Positions 11,469 to 23,346 of a stretch of DNA of 64,000 bases are shown here, in pieces. Position numbers and translations under genes: made by a program. Source of the stretch: Paraphysomonas bandaiensis (lineage: Eukaryota > Protista > Chrysophyceae); the NCBI GenBank assembly GCA_965644295.1, contig CBFFRP010000263.1, forward strand, positions 496,001 to 560,000. Direction: 5' to 3'. The notes beneath the pieces are model-generated. The model had not been told where the DNA came from. It did no database searches and was given only the letters and a program-made list of their open reading frames with translations. How positions within the stretch are numbered: the first letter of the stretch is position 1; every line of letters starts with the position of its first letter.

Positions 11469-14400
11469 ATGGGTGTTAAAGGATTATGGGAGTTACTTTC
11501 CCCAGTAGGAAGAAGAGTAAGTATTGAAACATTAGATGGAAAGGTATATATATTCCTTCTTCTATCTATTAATAGTAGTACTCATAGTTATCATTACTAG
11601 ATACTTGCTATAGATGCTAGTATATGGATAACACAATTTTTAAAAGCTATGAGAGATGAAGAAGGAAGAGTTGTAAAAAATGCTCATCTTATTGGTACAT
11701 TACGCCGTATATTGAAGGTAAGAAAAGGGACATAGTATGAGGGTTAGATGTAACATTATACAGTTATTATTCAATAAAATTCGACCTGTGTTTGTGTTTG
11801 ATGGACAAACACCACAACTTAAGATTCAAACAATTCGTGCTCGGCGTGCAATGAGAGAACGTCAGGTAATACCACGACATTATCTAAGTAGAATTGCAAT
11901 ATTTCACTGTGCTGCTACTGTCCTCTTATGTGTGTTGCCCAGGAAGTCAACTTGAAGAAAGTGGCTGAGAAAATATTACTTGCGAAGATGAAGAAACATA
12001 TTCTATCTAAAGCTGCGGGCGAAGAGAGCAGTAGCAGTAGTTCAAACGCAAAGTATGCTCCTGGGTTTCAGCCTTTGCCTAGCACCAGTAGCAACGCCGT
12101 GACAGGCTCAGAATCGAAGGGATCTTCTGGAGGTAGGACAGGAAAGTTGGTAGATACATTGTTTATGTTTGGATGCATATATAGTTGAGTGTGGTGGGTG
12201 GTATACGCAGCAGCTACATATATGTGTGCTCGTTTTCATTTTCTTAGCGACAGGAGGTGACAAAGAAGAATCTGAGTCTGAGGAATGGGAGGAGGGCTAC
12301 TACGAGATGCATGACAAACCACTGGATAGTTCAAGTGATGAAGAGCAGGATGCCTGGGTATTACCAGATGATACGCGAGACATAGATGTCGATACCTTGG
12401 CGGCCCTACCCCTTAATATGCGTAAACACGTAATTGAAGATGCAAGGTAGTATATCTGTGCCACTTCATAGGATATATTCCACGCTTCTACATTTGGGCA
12501 AAGCATATATTAGAATTGTGCTATTCTACTGTTGCACCATTGCCTTTTAATATTTTTTCAGAAAAAGGGAGGGACGTCGCAAAAGGTCTAACTATATGCC
12601 AGTTGCCAGTAACCCGCAATTGTATTCTCAGACCCAGGTGGCTAATTTTCTGCGAACCAGGTGGATATAGTGATTTTGCAATTTAGTGCACATGGGATAT
12701 CATAGGACACGTGTACAACTTATATGCGTCATAAGTAGATACACTCTGCTTTATTTGCTATACGTGCACATTTCAATACGTGTTTTTGTAGCAAGCTGAA
12801 CCAAGTTATTGTGAAGACCCAAGAGTATTCAGACAGTATGAATGATGATGGGGGACGAGGCATATCTGCGGATGGAAGCAGACGATACATTTATCAATCT
12901 GGCCCCATGGATAATGCTGTGGTGAGGTGCACAGATAGTGGAACAGCGGTGGAAGAGAATACTCCTGGTCATAAGACACACAGGCGGATGGTTAGAGACG
13001 ATGATAGCGACGAGGATGGCCACTCTCCGGTTGAAGGAGGGGGATTTTTTATTGACGAAGATGAATCGTCTAGATATAAGGCTGACGAGACAAAACGTGA
13101 AAGTGAAGTGGGACTACACGCAGTTGGCGAGATTCACGATGGTGATGATGTCCGCACAGACGCAGTGGAAGAGGATAAGCATGAAATTTTGTTGAGAAGG
13201 ACAGGATTTGGAGAAAGCGAGGATGATATTAAGATAGGGCCGGAACAATATAAAGATGCAGTAAGTGTAGCCGAAATTGGAGGAAGGAATGAAACTAACG
13301 AGGTACATACAAAGGAGAAAAGTAGTGCTGACTGGGAGTGTCTTAAATGTACGTTTTTTAATCGGCCGCATGAGACTGTGTGTGGTCTTTGTGGATCTCT
13401 CAAAGAGTCACGTCCTGGTAGACTACCTTCTACTTCCAGTGGTATAGAGGAAGCTTCTTCTCAGCCAATAATTAGCACTTCCAAGCATAGTCCCACTGGA
13501 GAGGTATCTGAAGAATCTGACGGAGAGTGGGAGGATAATGACTACTCTGATCCACCTTCATCGCCCCCTGTGGGGACTGATGTGAATCCCGAGATATCAT
13601 TGACTTCTAAAAATACACTGGACGTTGACCTTGTGATGCGTGCTGTATCTTCCGCCAGTGGAATGGGAGATTGGGCAGGGCGGGCGGTACGTAAGGCGCT
13701 TCAGGGACGGGATCTGGCACCCGCTGTCTCCTCGAAATCCTCATCAAATACTACTGCGGTGGGTACTCGAAATACAGTGCAAGAGAACCAGGAAAAGGAG
13801 ACGAGATTTCCTCACCTCTTCAACCAAAGCAGTGGTTCTCCAGTATCGGCAGCTGTATGTCAAAACCAAGTGCAATGGGATGACGATAGCACTGGATTTA
13901 TGTTTGATGGGGCCATGGGGGGATATGCAAGTGGTGATGGAGATGACAGCATCGCTGTGCGCAGGGCATTGAGAGACACTGAGGTATTCCACGAAGCATA
14001 ATATATGTAGTTTATGTGTAGTTATGTGTGGAATGGGTTTTCAATATAATATCTATCGTGATGATGAATTGTAATTGTTTGATAAGGGGCTCACAAGCGA
14101 GATGGTTGAAGACATAAAGGCTCTGCTGACTGCATTTGACATACCCTTTATAACTGCTCCTTTTGAAGCTGAGGCACAGTGCGCTTTCTTGGAGCAGGTA
14201 CGAAAGTTTCATACGTGTGATATAACAAATGGCGAATTGTATACGTAGCGAGTGTGCTTGAAGCATACTTGTGAACGTAAAAGTAGACTGCTCGATATCA
14301 CAGTTCCTGCTAGATGTTGTCACTGATATTGCGTTCACATTGTTTTGTCGTAGGCTGGACTGGTGGATGGTGTTGTGACAGAAGACAGTGACGTTTTTTT

Positions 14401-15663
14401 ATTTGGAGCGAGATGTGTCTATCGGCATATATTCGATGAAAAGCGGTATGTTGAAGCCTACCTTTCCGAGGATATTCGCAGAGACCTTGGGGTATCTCGC
14501 AGTGATCTCATAGCGATGGCGTATCTTCTTGGGTCCGACTATACAGAAGGTGTGAAGGGAATTGGCATTGTTAACGCCATGGAGATTGTTGATGTGTTCG
14601 GTACCAAGCAGAGTTACGAAACGAAATCTGTGAAGAGAAAACGGTCTCGACGGGATAATATATCTCCTGCGGGAGGTTTTTTTTCGTCCTCGGATGGGGA
14701 ACTAGTATCACGAGTGGTGGAAGACAACAGTGACGATCAGCGGATGCTGAAAGACGCATTGGATCTTCTAGGTCGGTTCAAGCAGTGGTTATTGGAAGGG
14801 TTTGATTTTACCACTGTGAGAGGATTTTCTTGTCAGTCTGTGTGTAAGAAGAGGAGACGATTATCAAAAGGTAAAACAAGGTGTCAGGAGCGTTTGCGAC
14901 GAAAAGAGAAAAGTACATTGAGTAAAACTGAGCGTGATGGGGATTCTGAGGAGTCCAACAGTCCATGTGAGTGGTCTGTTGGCTCCAGCGATGACGATAG
15001 GGACGAAGTAGCCAATACGAAACTGGTATTACCTATAATACTATAGTTTAAATGTTCTGAGTAATATCGTTGTATACGCCTACAGAAAGAGTTCAGTCGT
15101 CGTCATAAGGCTGCCAAGTCATCATGGAGTGTCAAGGAGAGTTTTCCAGATACAAAGGTGGCGGAGGCATATCTCCATCCACAGGTACAGCTGTTTGCAT
15201 GTATTGTACGGAAGTATGTAATTAGAATCCGATGAACCAGGTAAATCAATCAACGGATTCGTTTTCGTTCAAAGCACCACAGCTTTTTAAGGTCAGGAAG
15301 TATTGCTCCGATATAATGGGGTGGACTGATGACGAGGTTAGTAATACTGCGAAACGTGAGACATTAATACCTAAGCTTTCTTTTTCTGTATATAGATTAC
15401 AAGCAAAGTGAATCCTGTGATTAAAAAATGTGTATCAGAGACATCATCGCAGGTTAGATGCACGTATCTTTCTTCGTTACTATCTATCTAATCTCTCTGT
15501 GTTTCAGCCAAGAATAGACAGTTTTTACGTCTCTTATCACGACAACTCGAAGTTTGCAACAATTAGAAGCAACAGATTGCGTAACGCAGTTGAGCATGTG
15601 CGGAACCGGACTAGCATTCCCACCACAGACGACTCATCTGCTATTGGGAGTCGTGCGAAATAG
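11469..15663 (+). CDS. ERCC5: XPG/Rad2 structure-specific endonuclease, multi-exon
   Basis: Starts [29 protein letters not shown] motifs LAIDASIW and PVFVFDG; XPG-I motifs [40 protein letters not shown]; long acidic spacer; C-terminal PIP box QPRIDSFY. Confidence 0.93.
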
Positions 15664-16299
15664 CGAAGTTATAGAAATGGGCATGTTCAGTGCAAGATGC
15701 TAATAACTCGAATGTATTCATGTAATCTACAGATTTTGTAATAATTATGTTGGCGGTACCAACTAGTACGTATTTAGCGGACGTAATTTATGGAGAATTT
15801 CTTTAAAATATTGAAATATGCATTTCATTCCCATTCTAACAGTATGTAGCATGATTCAGAGTGTTACAATTGGTCATTTGATTGCAGTTGATATATAAGT
15901 AAACCTTAAACACTTGCTTCGTTGCACACTATGTACTTCCAAGAAATAAATACGTAAGATATTCACGAATGTGAATTTGACTAGTGTGCCGCCGCTGTTG
16001 TGAGCGAGATAACACACCAGCACACATGAGACCGCGTTTTAAAACGTATAAATAGTAGAGGGGATTTTTCAAACACATCAACCATTTTTTATCATATCAC
16101 ATTCACTTTGGCCTCTTATCAAGCAATAACAACAACTGAGATGTCGTTACAACAACATTTATAACAGGTGCGACAAGCGTAACAGTAATGTTGTTTTGTT
16201 GAATATAAAATATTGCATATTAGAGGGCATAACGGCCATATTCTACAATGCTCTTGTGTGTCGTAAGTAAATCACAACACATTTAGAAGCTTAATTCCT

Positions 16300-17327
16300 T
16301 CACCTTACAATGATTCTGGTATCACCGTGTAGAATATCCTCCTCAGTAAATCCACAATTCCTGATGGACGGGTACTTGTCTCGCAGCAGGCGATAGGCAT
16401 CTTGGCCAATATTGCGATAAGCACGACGGAGGAAGGATATGGTCCTGATACGAGACAGAAACTCCACACAAACGTCATCATCTTCCGTGGTCCACCTGTT
16501 ATCTATTTCTCCGATTTGTGTCAAATACATGGGACAGCGATTGGGGTTGTATTCCCACCCTTCATTGTGAGAATATATGTTGCCAGCAGGGTCACTCTTA
16601 TCACACATTGCTACCGATAGCCCGCAGACATAGCAGTAGGATTGCTGGCAATTAGCGCATACCATGTGAGTGCATGCATCATCTTTTCGTCCCCGCAAAC
16701 GGCATTCAGGATTCGGGCAAACAACCCCAGTGCCATCGGCAAGTGCATCTGTACATAGAATAAGTGGAAATGCCCCCAAACAACTGTAAACATACCATCA
16801 AATTGCTTTTTGAGTGGTGCTAACTCTGCGCATTGAAAGTGGTATAACATGGACCTCTCACTGTCTGGGTTATTGAAGTCATCATCATTGTATGCATCAG
16901 TGACTGCTACATCACAATCCTTCTTGCAGTGAATGCAGGACACCTTCTCACATTCTTTTGCATTACACCTAAAGAATAATGCACCTTCTGAGTTACGTGG
17001 CCATATCTCAAAATAAGAGCAATGAGGGCATTCTACCACTTGATCATCTTCACCTGCCATTGATTTCACTGAATTATTAAGAAACACTTGTAATTGTTTC
17101 TTATTTAATTGTCTTTCAAATACAGGAGGATGAATATTTACATGACATTGCATGCATTTAACAGGTATGAGATTCACAGGATCGCTCATGATCATATTGA
17201 CATAATTCGGGACACAATCAGGACATATATGATGATTTTGAGGACATGATACCCCCCCATGATCTCTGTCAATCTCTTCTTGACATATAAAACATACTAC
17301 TGTTGTCTTCTTATCTTTATCTGACAT
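16300..17327 (-). CDS. RBR (RING-between-RING) E3 ubiquitin ligase
   Basis: RING1 CFIC..CPQNHHICPDC..CMQC; IBR CPHC..C..C..CIHC..H..C; RING2 CPNPEC..KDDACTHMVCANC..YCYVCG. One 47-nt intron at 16749-16795. Confidence 0.9.
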
Positions 17328-17829
17328 GATGAAGTGATTTAGATGAGAGTGTTATGAGTGTTATATATGAAATATGGATGTGTGCTGTGTATGTATGTAT
17401 GTAGGTAGGTAGTGAAGTAGGATTTTAGGATGAAGCAAGAAAAAATCCGGACATTTCCTCAATACATTTCTAGATATAGAGAACATGATATACTGTATAC
17501 TGTGATATACAGCAGTGCGGGATATCTATTGCATTTACACGGTCCACCGTAACCCGGTAGATTGCTGCTGGTATATACTGTAGGTACCACTATACATGTA
17601 CGTGTACTATGATACAGCTGATATGAGTTCAAGTATCGGCATCCTTTGTATATTTTGGTTCTAATATTGAGTCAACAATTATATGTATTACAGCCGTATT
17701 TGTATATCAGTAATATAGAGGATTTTTGCTTCAATTTATTTCCGAAAAATAAGATGCTGACTGGTATACTATATCCACATCTCTCTATATATTACACAGT
17801 AAATCATATAGATAACAATACATCATATC

Positions 17830-18489
17830 ATGTCACTTAAACGTAAAGCTATCAATCAACTCCAACCATTAAATAACAAGAATACAAACAATAGAGAAGA
17901 CAGAAAGATTCTTGTCATACTGCCAGGTGCATCTGGAAAACTCTCCAAATGTATGATTGATAAACTAATACCATTATTAAGAAATCATTATGAAGTACGA
18001 ATACTTGAGTCTAAATGGAAAGGATGGAATCCAATGTCGTCATCTAATATACAGAAAGTTTTAGATATATGTCCATCAGAAGGTGTATGGTATGTTCTTG
18101 GTAATAGCTTTGGATGTCGCGTTGCTTGCTCATTATATTCTAGTAATTCATTCGTTTGCCCACCAGCGAAGGTGATATTGTGTGGGTATCCAATGTATGG
18201 ACCGAAAGGCACAGAGGAACGAGTTGAATGCATACAGTCCTTACCAGAGGGTACAGAAGTACTCTGTATAAGTGGTTCAAAAGACGAATTCCTTGGGAGA
18301 GGCCCTGATCGTATATTGACTGGAAAGAAACTGTATGAGCATGTGATTCGAGGTATGCCTTGTCGTGAGACAACAAGAGTCCATATTCTAGATGGAGGAG
18401 GGCATGGCGTGCTGGATGTTCCCAGTAAGCTCCAATCTGAAGCTGTCAACACTGTTCTACAGTGGATTGTCAATTTTACTCAAGAATAA
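17830..18489 (+). CDS. Alpha/beta-hydrolase (TEX30/KANSL3-like)
   Basis: PGASG, nucleophile elbow GNSFG, CGYP, ISGSKDE and GGHG give a Ser-Asp-His triad. Confidence 0.85.
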   Translation: MSLKRKAINQLQPLNNKNTNNREDRKILVILPGASGKLSKCMIDKLIPLLRNHYEVRILESKWKGWNPMSSSNIQKVLDICPSEGVWYVLGNSFGCRVACSLYSSNSFVCPPAKVILCGYPMYGPKGTEERVECIQSLPEGTEVLCISGSKDEFLGRGPDRILTGKKLYEHVIRGMPCRETTRVHILDGGGHGVLDVPSKLQSEAVNTVLQWIVNFTQE

Positions 18490-19051
18490 GTGCTTTGTGA
18501 CATTTTACTGTAGTTATCATGCAGCAGATTGTGTCCTCATTATATTAATTCATTAGTTTAGATTAACAAGTGATATTGTAAAATTCGAGATCACGTGCTA
18601 GCCAACAGCAAGAAATATCGGAAGTCACTGAATTGCTATATCTTTATCTCGTCTTTCTAATAATTCCTTAATGTAATTTCACTTCTCATGGGCTTTTACC
18701 TGCATGAATATGTCTCCTCCAAATAATACTTTCTACATATTACATCTAATATATCCTGTGTTGTATGATTTCTCGCTCTGCATATGCAGTACGCTATACC
18801 TAATAATAAGTTGAACACCACATCGGTCAAGACCTCTCAGTAATAGCTTGTATTACTAAGATGAATTAAGTAAGTGAGCAGAGTATATCAAAAGCGCATC
18901 ATTATTATGAGTGTTCAAACACCTTCATAACGGAGGGTGCATTAATAGCCCAACCACATAAATGTCATCAGTGATGACGTCGAGGAAAACTAGTATAATT
19001 GTTGAACCACTCGGTTAACAACACGATATACACGACAATAGAACTGACGAT

Positions 19052-20794
19052 CTAAACGAAGTCAATGCCGTGCAATTTCTGGGGCACACCCTGCACATCT
19101 TGCTTCTGCTGCAACGGGTTGAATGCCTGGCTCGAGCCACCCACATTGCTAGATGTGACTAGTCTAGTGCGTGGTTTCCCGCGAATACATGAGATGGTAA
19201 TGACATAAAAAAGGAACGCAGACACAACCGTTAGAGAAATCCCAGTAATCTCACTTTTCTTGGCAATACATTCCACAATCGATGCGATCATAAACAACAG
19301 CGATAGTGCGAGCAGATACGGCTGCATTTTACTGCATCGAACCTCGTCCGGAACACAGGTGGCATTAACCATCGTCAATATTCTATTCTTGAGAGATGTC
19401 TCTTCTGCTAGAATGAGTGCGTCCAGCTGAGAAATAACCTCAGAAAAAAGAGGCCTCTGGGTCATATCCTCGTGCCAACACCGTTGGAGAAGGGCCGTGA
19501 AGGCCTTAGGCCACTTGCGATCACAACGCGGCCTCTCACCGCCCATCACTACATTCTCCATATATGTCCGGCGACCCAATCCGGAAAAAGGAACACGACC
19601 CTTTGTTATTTGCCACAGGATAATCCCAAAGCTGTACACATCAACTGACTGATTGTAGGGCTTACCCAGGGCTACCTCAGGCGCCATGTATCTAAGAGTA
19701 CCTGTGTTTCCCGTCATCGCATAGGTCTCGCAGATACCTTTTCCACGCTGCTTGGAGCGAACAACAGAACAGAGGCCAAAGTCAAAAAGTTTAATCATCC
19801 CATCATTCGTGAATCCGATATTGTCTGGCTTTAGATCTCGGTGTATGATTGATATCGCATCATGCCAGTGAAAGTGGAGATAGTCTAGAGCTCCAGCCAT
19901 CGACCGCCCAAGACGGAGTGCATCCAGGTAACTGAAGTGTTTCCTCCAGCTCCGCTGGTCCTTATCCACCCGCACACCCAGCGCGTGAGAAAGCGACCCC
20001 CCATCCAGCAACTCCAGAACTAAAAACCGGCGAGGTTGGTAACCGGATCCTAGAAATCGCACAATATGTGGATGTCTGATACGACTCAGCACACTAGCTT
20101 CTGTCTCAAACTCAGCCACCGCTACAGGAGAGGCTATCCGGTCGGCCTTTATTAACTTTAATATAACTGGTTTGTCACCCCATCTCGCAGTATAAATGTG
20201 GCAACTCGAACTGTCAATACGGTGCTCAACATGGGTAAACGTAGTCCAGGGCAAGTTCGTTGCAACACAGTTCGCTTCAGGCAATCTATCCACGCGCACA
20301 CGAAATCCTTCATACAATTGGTCTTCTGAAATATGTGACCGCAACTCTAATCCCATATTTGAAGTTGCAGTTTCATTAGTATTTCCTATCTTCTCGTCAT
20401 TGCTGTTTGGCGGCAGCTGCGGCCGTCGACCGTTCTCCATACTCGCACAGAAGTCAAAAAGCGGGAAAACAAATATATTCACAACATTTAATGCCAAGAA
20501 CACAGCTTCACCATCAAAGCCAGCAAATACTACAAGTAATACTCGAGCAATTGTAAATGCAAATAGAGCAGCATCACATATTAAAATTGTTTTTTCCAAA
20601 CGAGCACCACAACATGCTAATGCCGCACATGAGAGACTAAGTAAAGTATATCCAAATCCTTGACGCATTTCAAATTGAACTTGTGTTGATGTACCAACTG
20701 AAAAGTCCTCATACAATATCTCTATAGTGTAGAATACTATCAATAGTATATACAATAACACCCTTAGGCGAATGTAATTAATATATATTCCCAT
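19052..20794 (-). CDS. Multi-pass membrane TKL-type protein kinase
   Basis: VILK, HRDLKPDNIGF, DFG, GTLRYMAPE and DVYSFG motifs; about four hydrophobic segments before and two after the kinase domain. Confidence 0.9.
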   Translation of the reverse strand: MGIYINYIRLRVLLYILLIVFYTIEILYEDFSVGTSTQVQFEMRQGFGYTLLSLSCAALACCGARLEKTILICDAALFAFTIARVLLVVFAGFDGEAVFLALNVVNIFVFPLFDFCASMENGRRPQLPPNSNDEKIGNTNETATSNMGLELRSHISEDQLYEGFRVRVDRLPEANCVATNLPWTTFTHVEHRIDSSSCHIYTARWGDKPVILKLIKADRIASPVAVAEFETEASVLSRIRHPHIVRFLGSGYQPRRFLVLELLDGGSLSHALGVRVDKDQRSWRKHFSYLDALRLGRSMAGALDYLHFHWHDAISIIHRDLKPDNIGFTNDGMIKLFDFGLCSVVRSKQRGKGICETYAMTGNTGTLRYMAPEVALGKPYNQSVDVYSFGIILWQITKGRVPFSGLGRRTYMENVVMGGERPRCDRKWPKAFTALLQRCWHEDMTQRPLFSEVISQLDALILAEETSLKNRILTMVNATCVPDEVRCSKMQPYLLALSLLFMIASIVECIAKKSEITGISLTVVSAFLFYVITISCIRGKPRTRLVTSSNVGGSSQAFNPLQQKQDVQGVPQKLHGIDFV

Positions 20795-22400
20795 TGATAT
20801 TATTCACTACAAAATCAGAGTGAATTAAAAATATCTTATATTCATTATATTAAACTATCTCAGTTACTCTATATTTGATAACAATCATATATATATGTAT
20901 ATACATGACAAGTGATGGTGGTTTGGTCAGTTGTCCATGTTGCTTGTATATATACCATACAGTACCTCCCATATATACCTATACATACACCAACCCTCAC
21001 CCTACCATGAGGGGGGGCGTATGTTGTGTAAAATTTACAGCCTCTAAAAAATTGAAATATTTTCATATATAGAGTTGACAGTATTGTAATTTTAGGGGAC
21101 GAATTTGTGGTGCTGAGATGTTTGTTCTTTTTTTCGTTTTTTTTTGGAAGAAAGTATCAGTATGTAGAAATTCCTGTGTGTATGGAGGTACGACATAGTT
21201 AGATAGTAAATGGGCGCACCGTACCTTGTACGCACCAACTGCTGTACTGACTTGTGTACATATCGTACATAGAGACTGCAGTGCATCAGTACATACTGGA
21301 CATACACTGTACATATGAACATACTGTACCATATCTACATATCCATCTAACATACTCATCTCACTACTCCATACATATATATATATATATACATCACACA
21401 TCATAACTCTACATATAACTCTATCTATCATCAACCCAATAAACAAACCTCTATACAGCAACATAACCACATCATAACAAGGCGTATACATTCATATCCA
21501 TTCAAGTAAATATTCACTACAGCACATAGTCTGATAGCAACAGTAGAATAACTCAATAGCACTAACTTCAAATCAATTCACTTACATCAATCGATCTTAC
21601 AGTTATGATGTTACACTCTGACACACAAACAAGAGTTTATATGATACAATTACATACTAACTTCAGTACTCTTCAACAACATATGCACTTGTAAAGCACA
21701 CTTATCAATCAAACCCACTTTTCCAGAGTGATGAATCTAAATTTAGAGTTTCTATACTTTCTTCGTACGGATGAATTCCACAAAGCAACAAAACACTAAA
21801 GGGCGCAGACGCATATGACTTTGCTCAGAGAAAATAAAATGACAGGGGGACCACTAATAATAACTGTGCTAGAATTGCTATGCTATGTTTTCTATTTTTT
21901 AGCTAGTTAGATTAATGGAACAGTGATGTATTTTGAAATGATTTGCAGTTACTTATTTCAATTTCTCAGGAAATTAATGTCCTGAGAACTGAAAAATTAA
22001 ATTTTTACTGCATATAAATTATATAGCATGGTCGATATAAGAATATATGACTCAAATAAAATGGCCGCACCTGTATCATTGTAGCACCGTAGCGTCAAGC
22101 TACAATCAGAACTCGGTGTTCATACCCTAGGTTGTATCACAGTTCTTGACTACAATCTATATTTTTTTGTCCCGATGTAGTTGTGGTTAGTTTTTACATA
22201 TTATAAGGAAGCCATATGCAGATACTAGAGGAAAGAGTAGCGATAGTGACAGAAATAATATTACACCTGTTCTTCCACTATGAAAACGACATAATTGCTG
22301 CCCCATTTTGTAGTGAAATCCATCACGAGAACATGAAGTATTACACCGTGAATACACCACATGTCCCTTTGTTGTGCGCAGTTTACCGTTAATTCTGTTT

Positions 22401-22918
22401 CCCTCAAGAACAAAGTAAGACTCGCACTTTTTCGTGGTGTTCTGGGGGATAGGTAACGGAGATATTTCTCCGGGAAACTAAAATGAGCAGCATATATAGT
22501 CAGCAGATAATTTTCTGTCCACTCATAGCTCATAGCCAAATGCTTGTGTGGTGTAAGGGACACTAATAAATATCACTTGTGTAGACGCCTACCTCAAGAT
22601 CGTCCAGGGTATTGGGCTGCCTGCTGTAGTCAAACATCCGGGCTGTTCACCTCAAGGACTCAAATCCTGAAGTCGGCAGATGTCAGGTATATCAACATTA
22701 TGCTTTCTCACTGCGTTTGCCTTGAGTGATAGAGCAAAAGTTGTTTCACCTTGGTGCTTGCGGTGAAGCACAAGCAGCTCTTGTAGCGTTAAATAGTAAG
22801 ATTTAAATAGTAAGATTATATCAGAGCTAAGCACCAGTTTGTTCAATTGCAATGCTACTTACTATTTCTGACTCTTAAACGCCTATTCCTAATAATAAGA
22901 CATTCACTACTCACTACG
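22401..22918 (+). mobile_element. ~510-bp non-autonomous (SINE-like) retroelement, older copy
   Basis: Alignable at both ends with the reverse complement of 47673-48124 plus 45499-45556; the middles differ. Shared head CCCTCAA..GACTCGCAC..TCGTGGTGTTCTGGGGGATA; shares the LINE 3' motif and the AACGCCTATT.CTAATAATAAGAC tail. Confidence 0.8.
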
Positions 22919-23346
22919 AATTCAAGTTTAATAGTCACATAGATATCGTCTAATTAGTAAAGTTGATTCATAGCAGGACATTAAATATATAAAATAATAG
23001 TAAAAAGAAATATATAATACAGAGTTTTGTTTATTGCACAATATGATGGGTACTTAGCTCCGATGCATTCAATTACAGTTACAAGCTTGTTGATACCAAA
23101 TTGTTCAGATATCGACAGTGGACCATATTGAGTTTTGTTTTAACCCTATCAAACTGACTACTGAAAATTTGATTGTTAGAACAGATGTACTAAAGAGCTT
23201 AACATCAGTGACATATCCATTTCTAGCATACTACAAAGTGCAATTTGCTACAATGAAATGGTATATTGGCTTGCGCGCTATATTTGCCTGTTCAATTTTA
23301 TGGATATATATTAATTAATGGCATTAACTGCAACAAGCGATTGAGT

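Noticed and set aside
21728-21830. Possible C/D-box snoRNA starting GTGATGA
   Set aside because: There is no CTGA D box or terminal stem at a suitable distance.
22261-22563. 100-aa ORF similar to a frame at 47970-48125
   Set aside because: The similarity comes from the SINE head read antisense, and the second copy has an in-frame stop.
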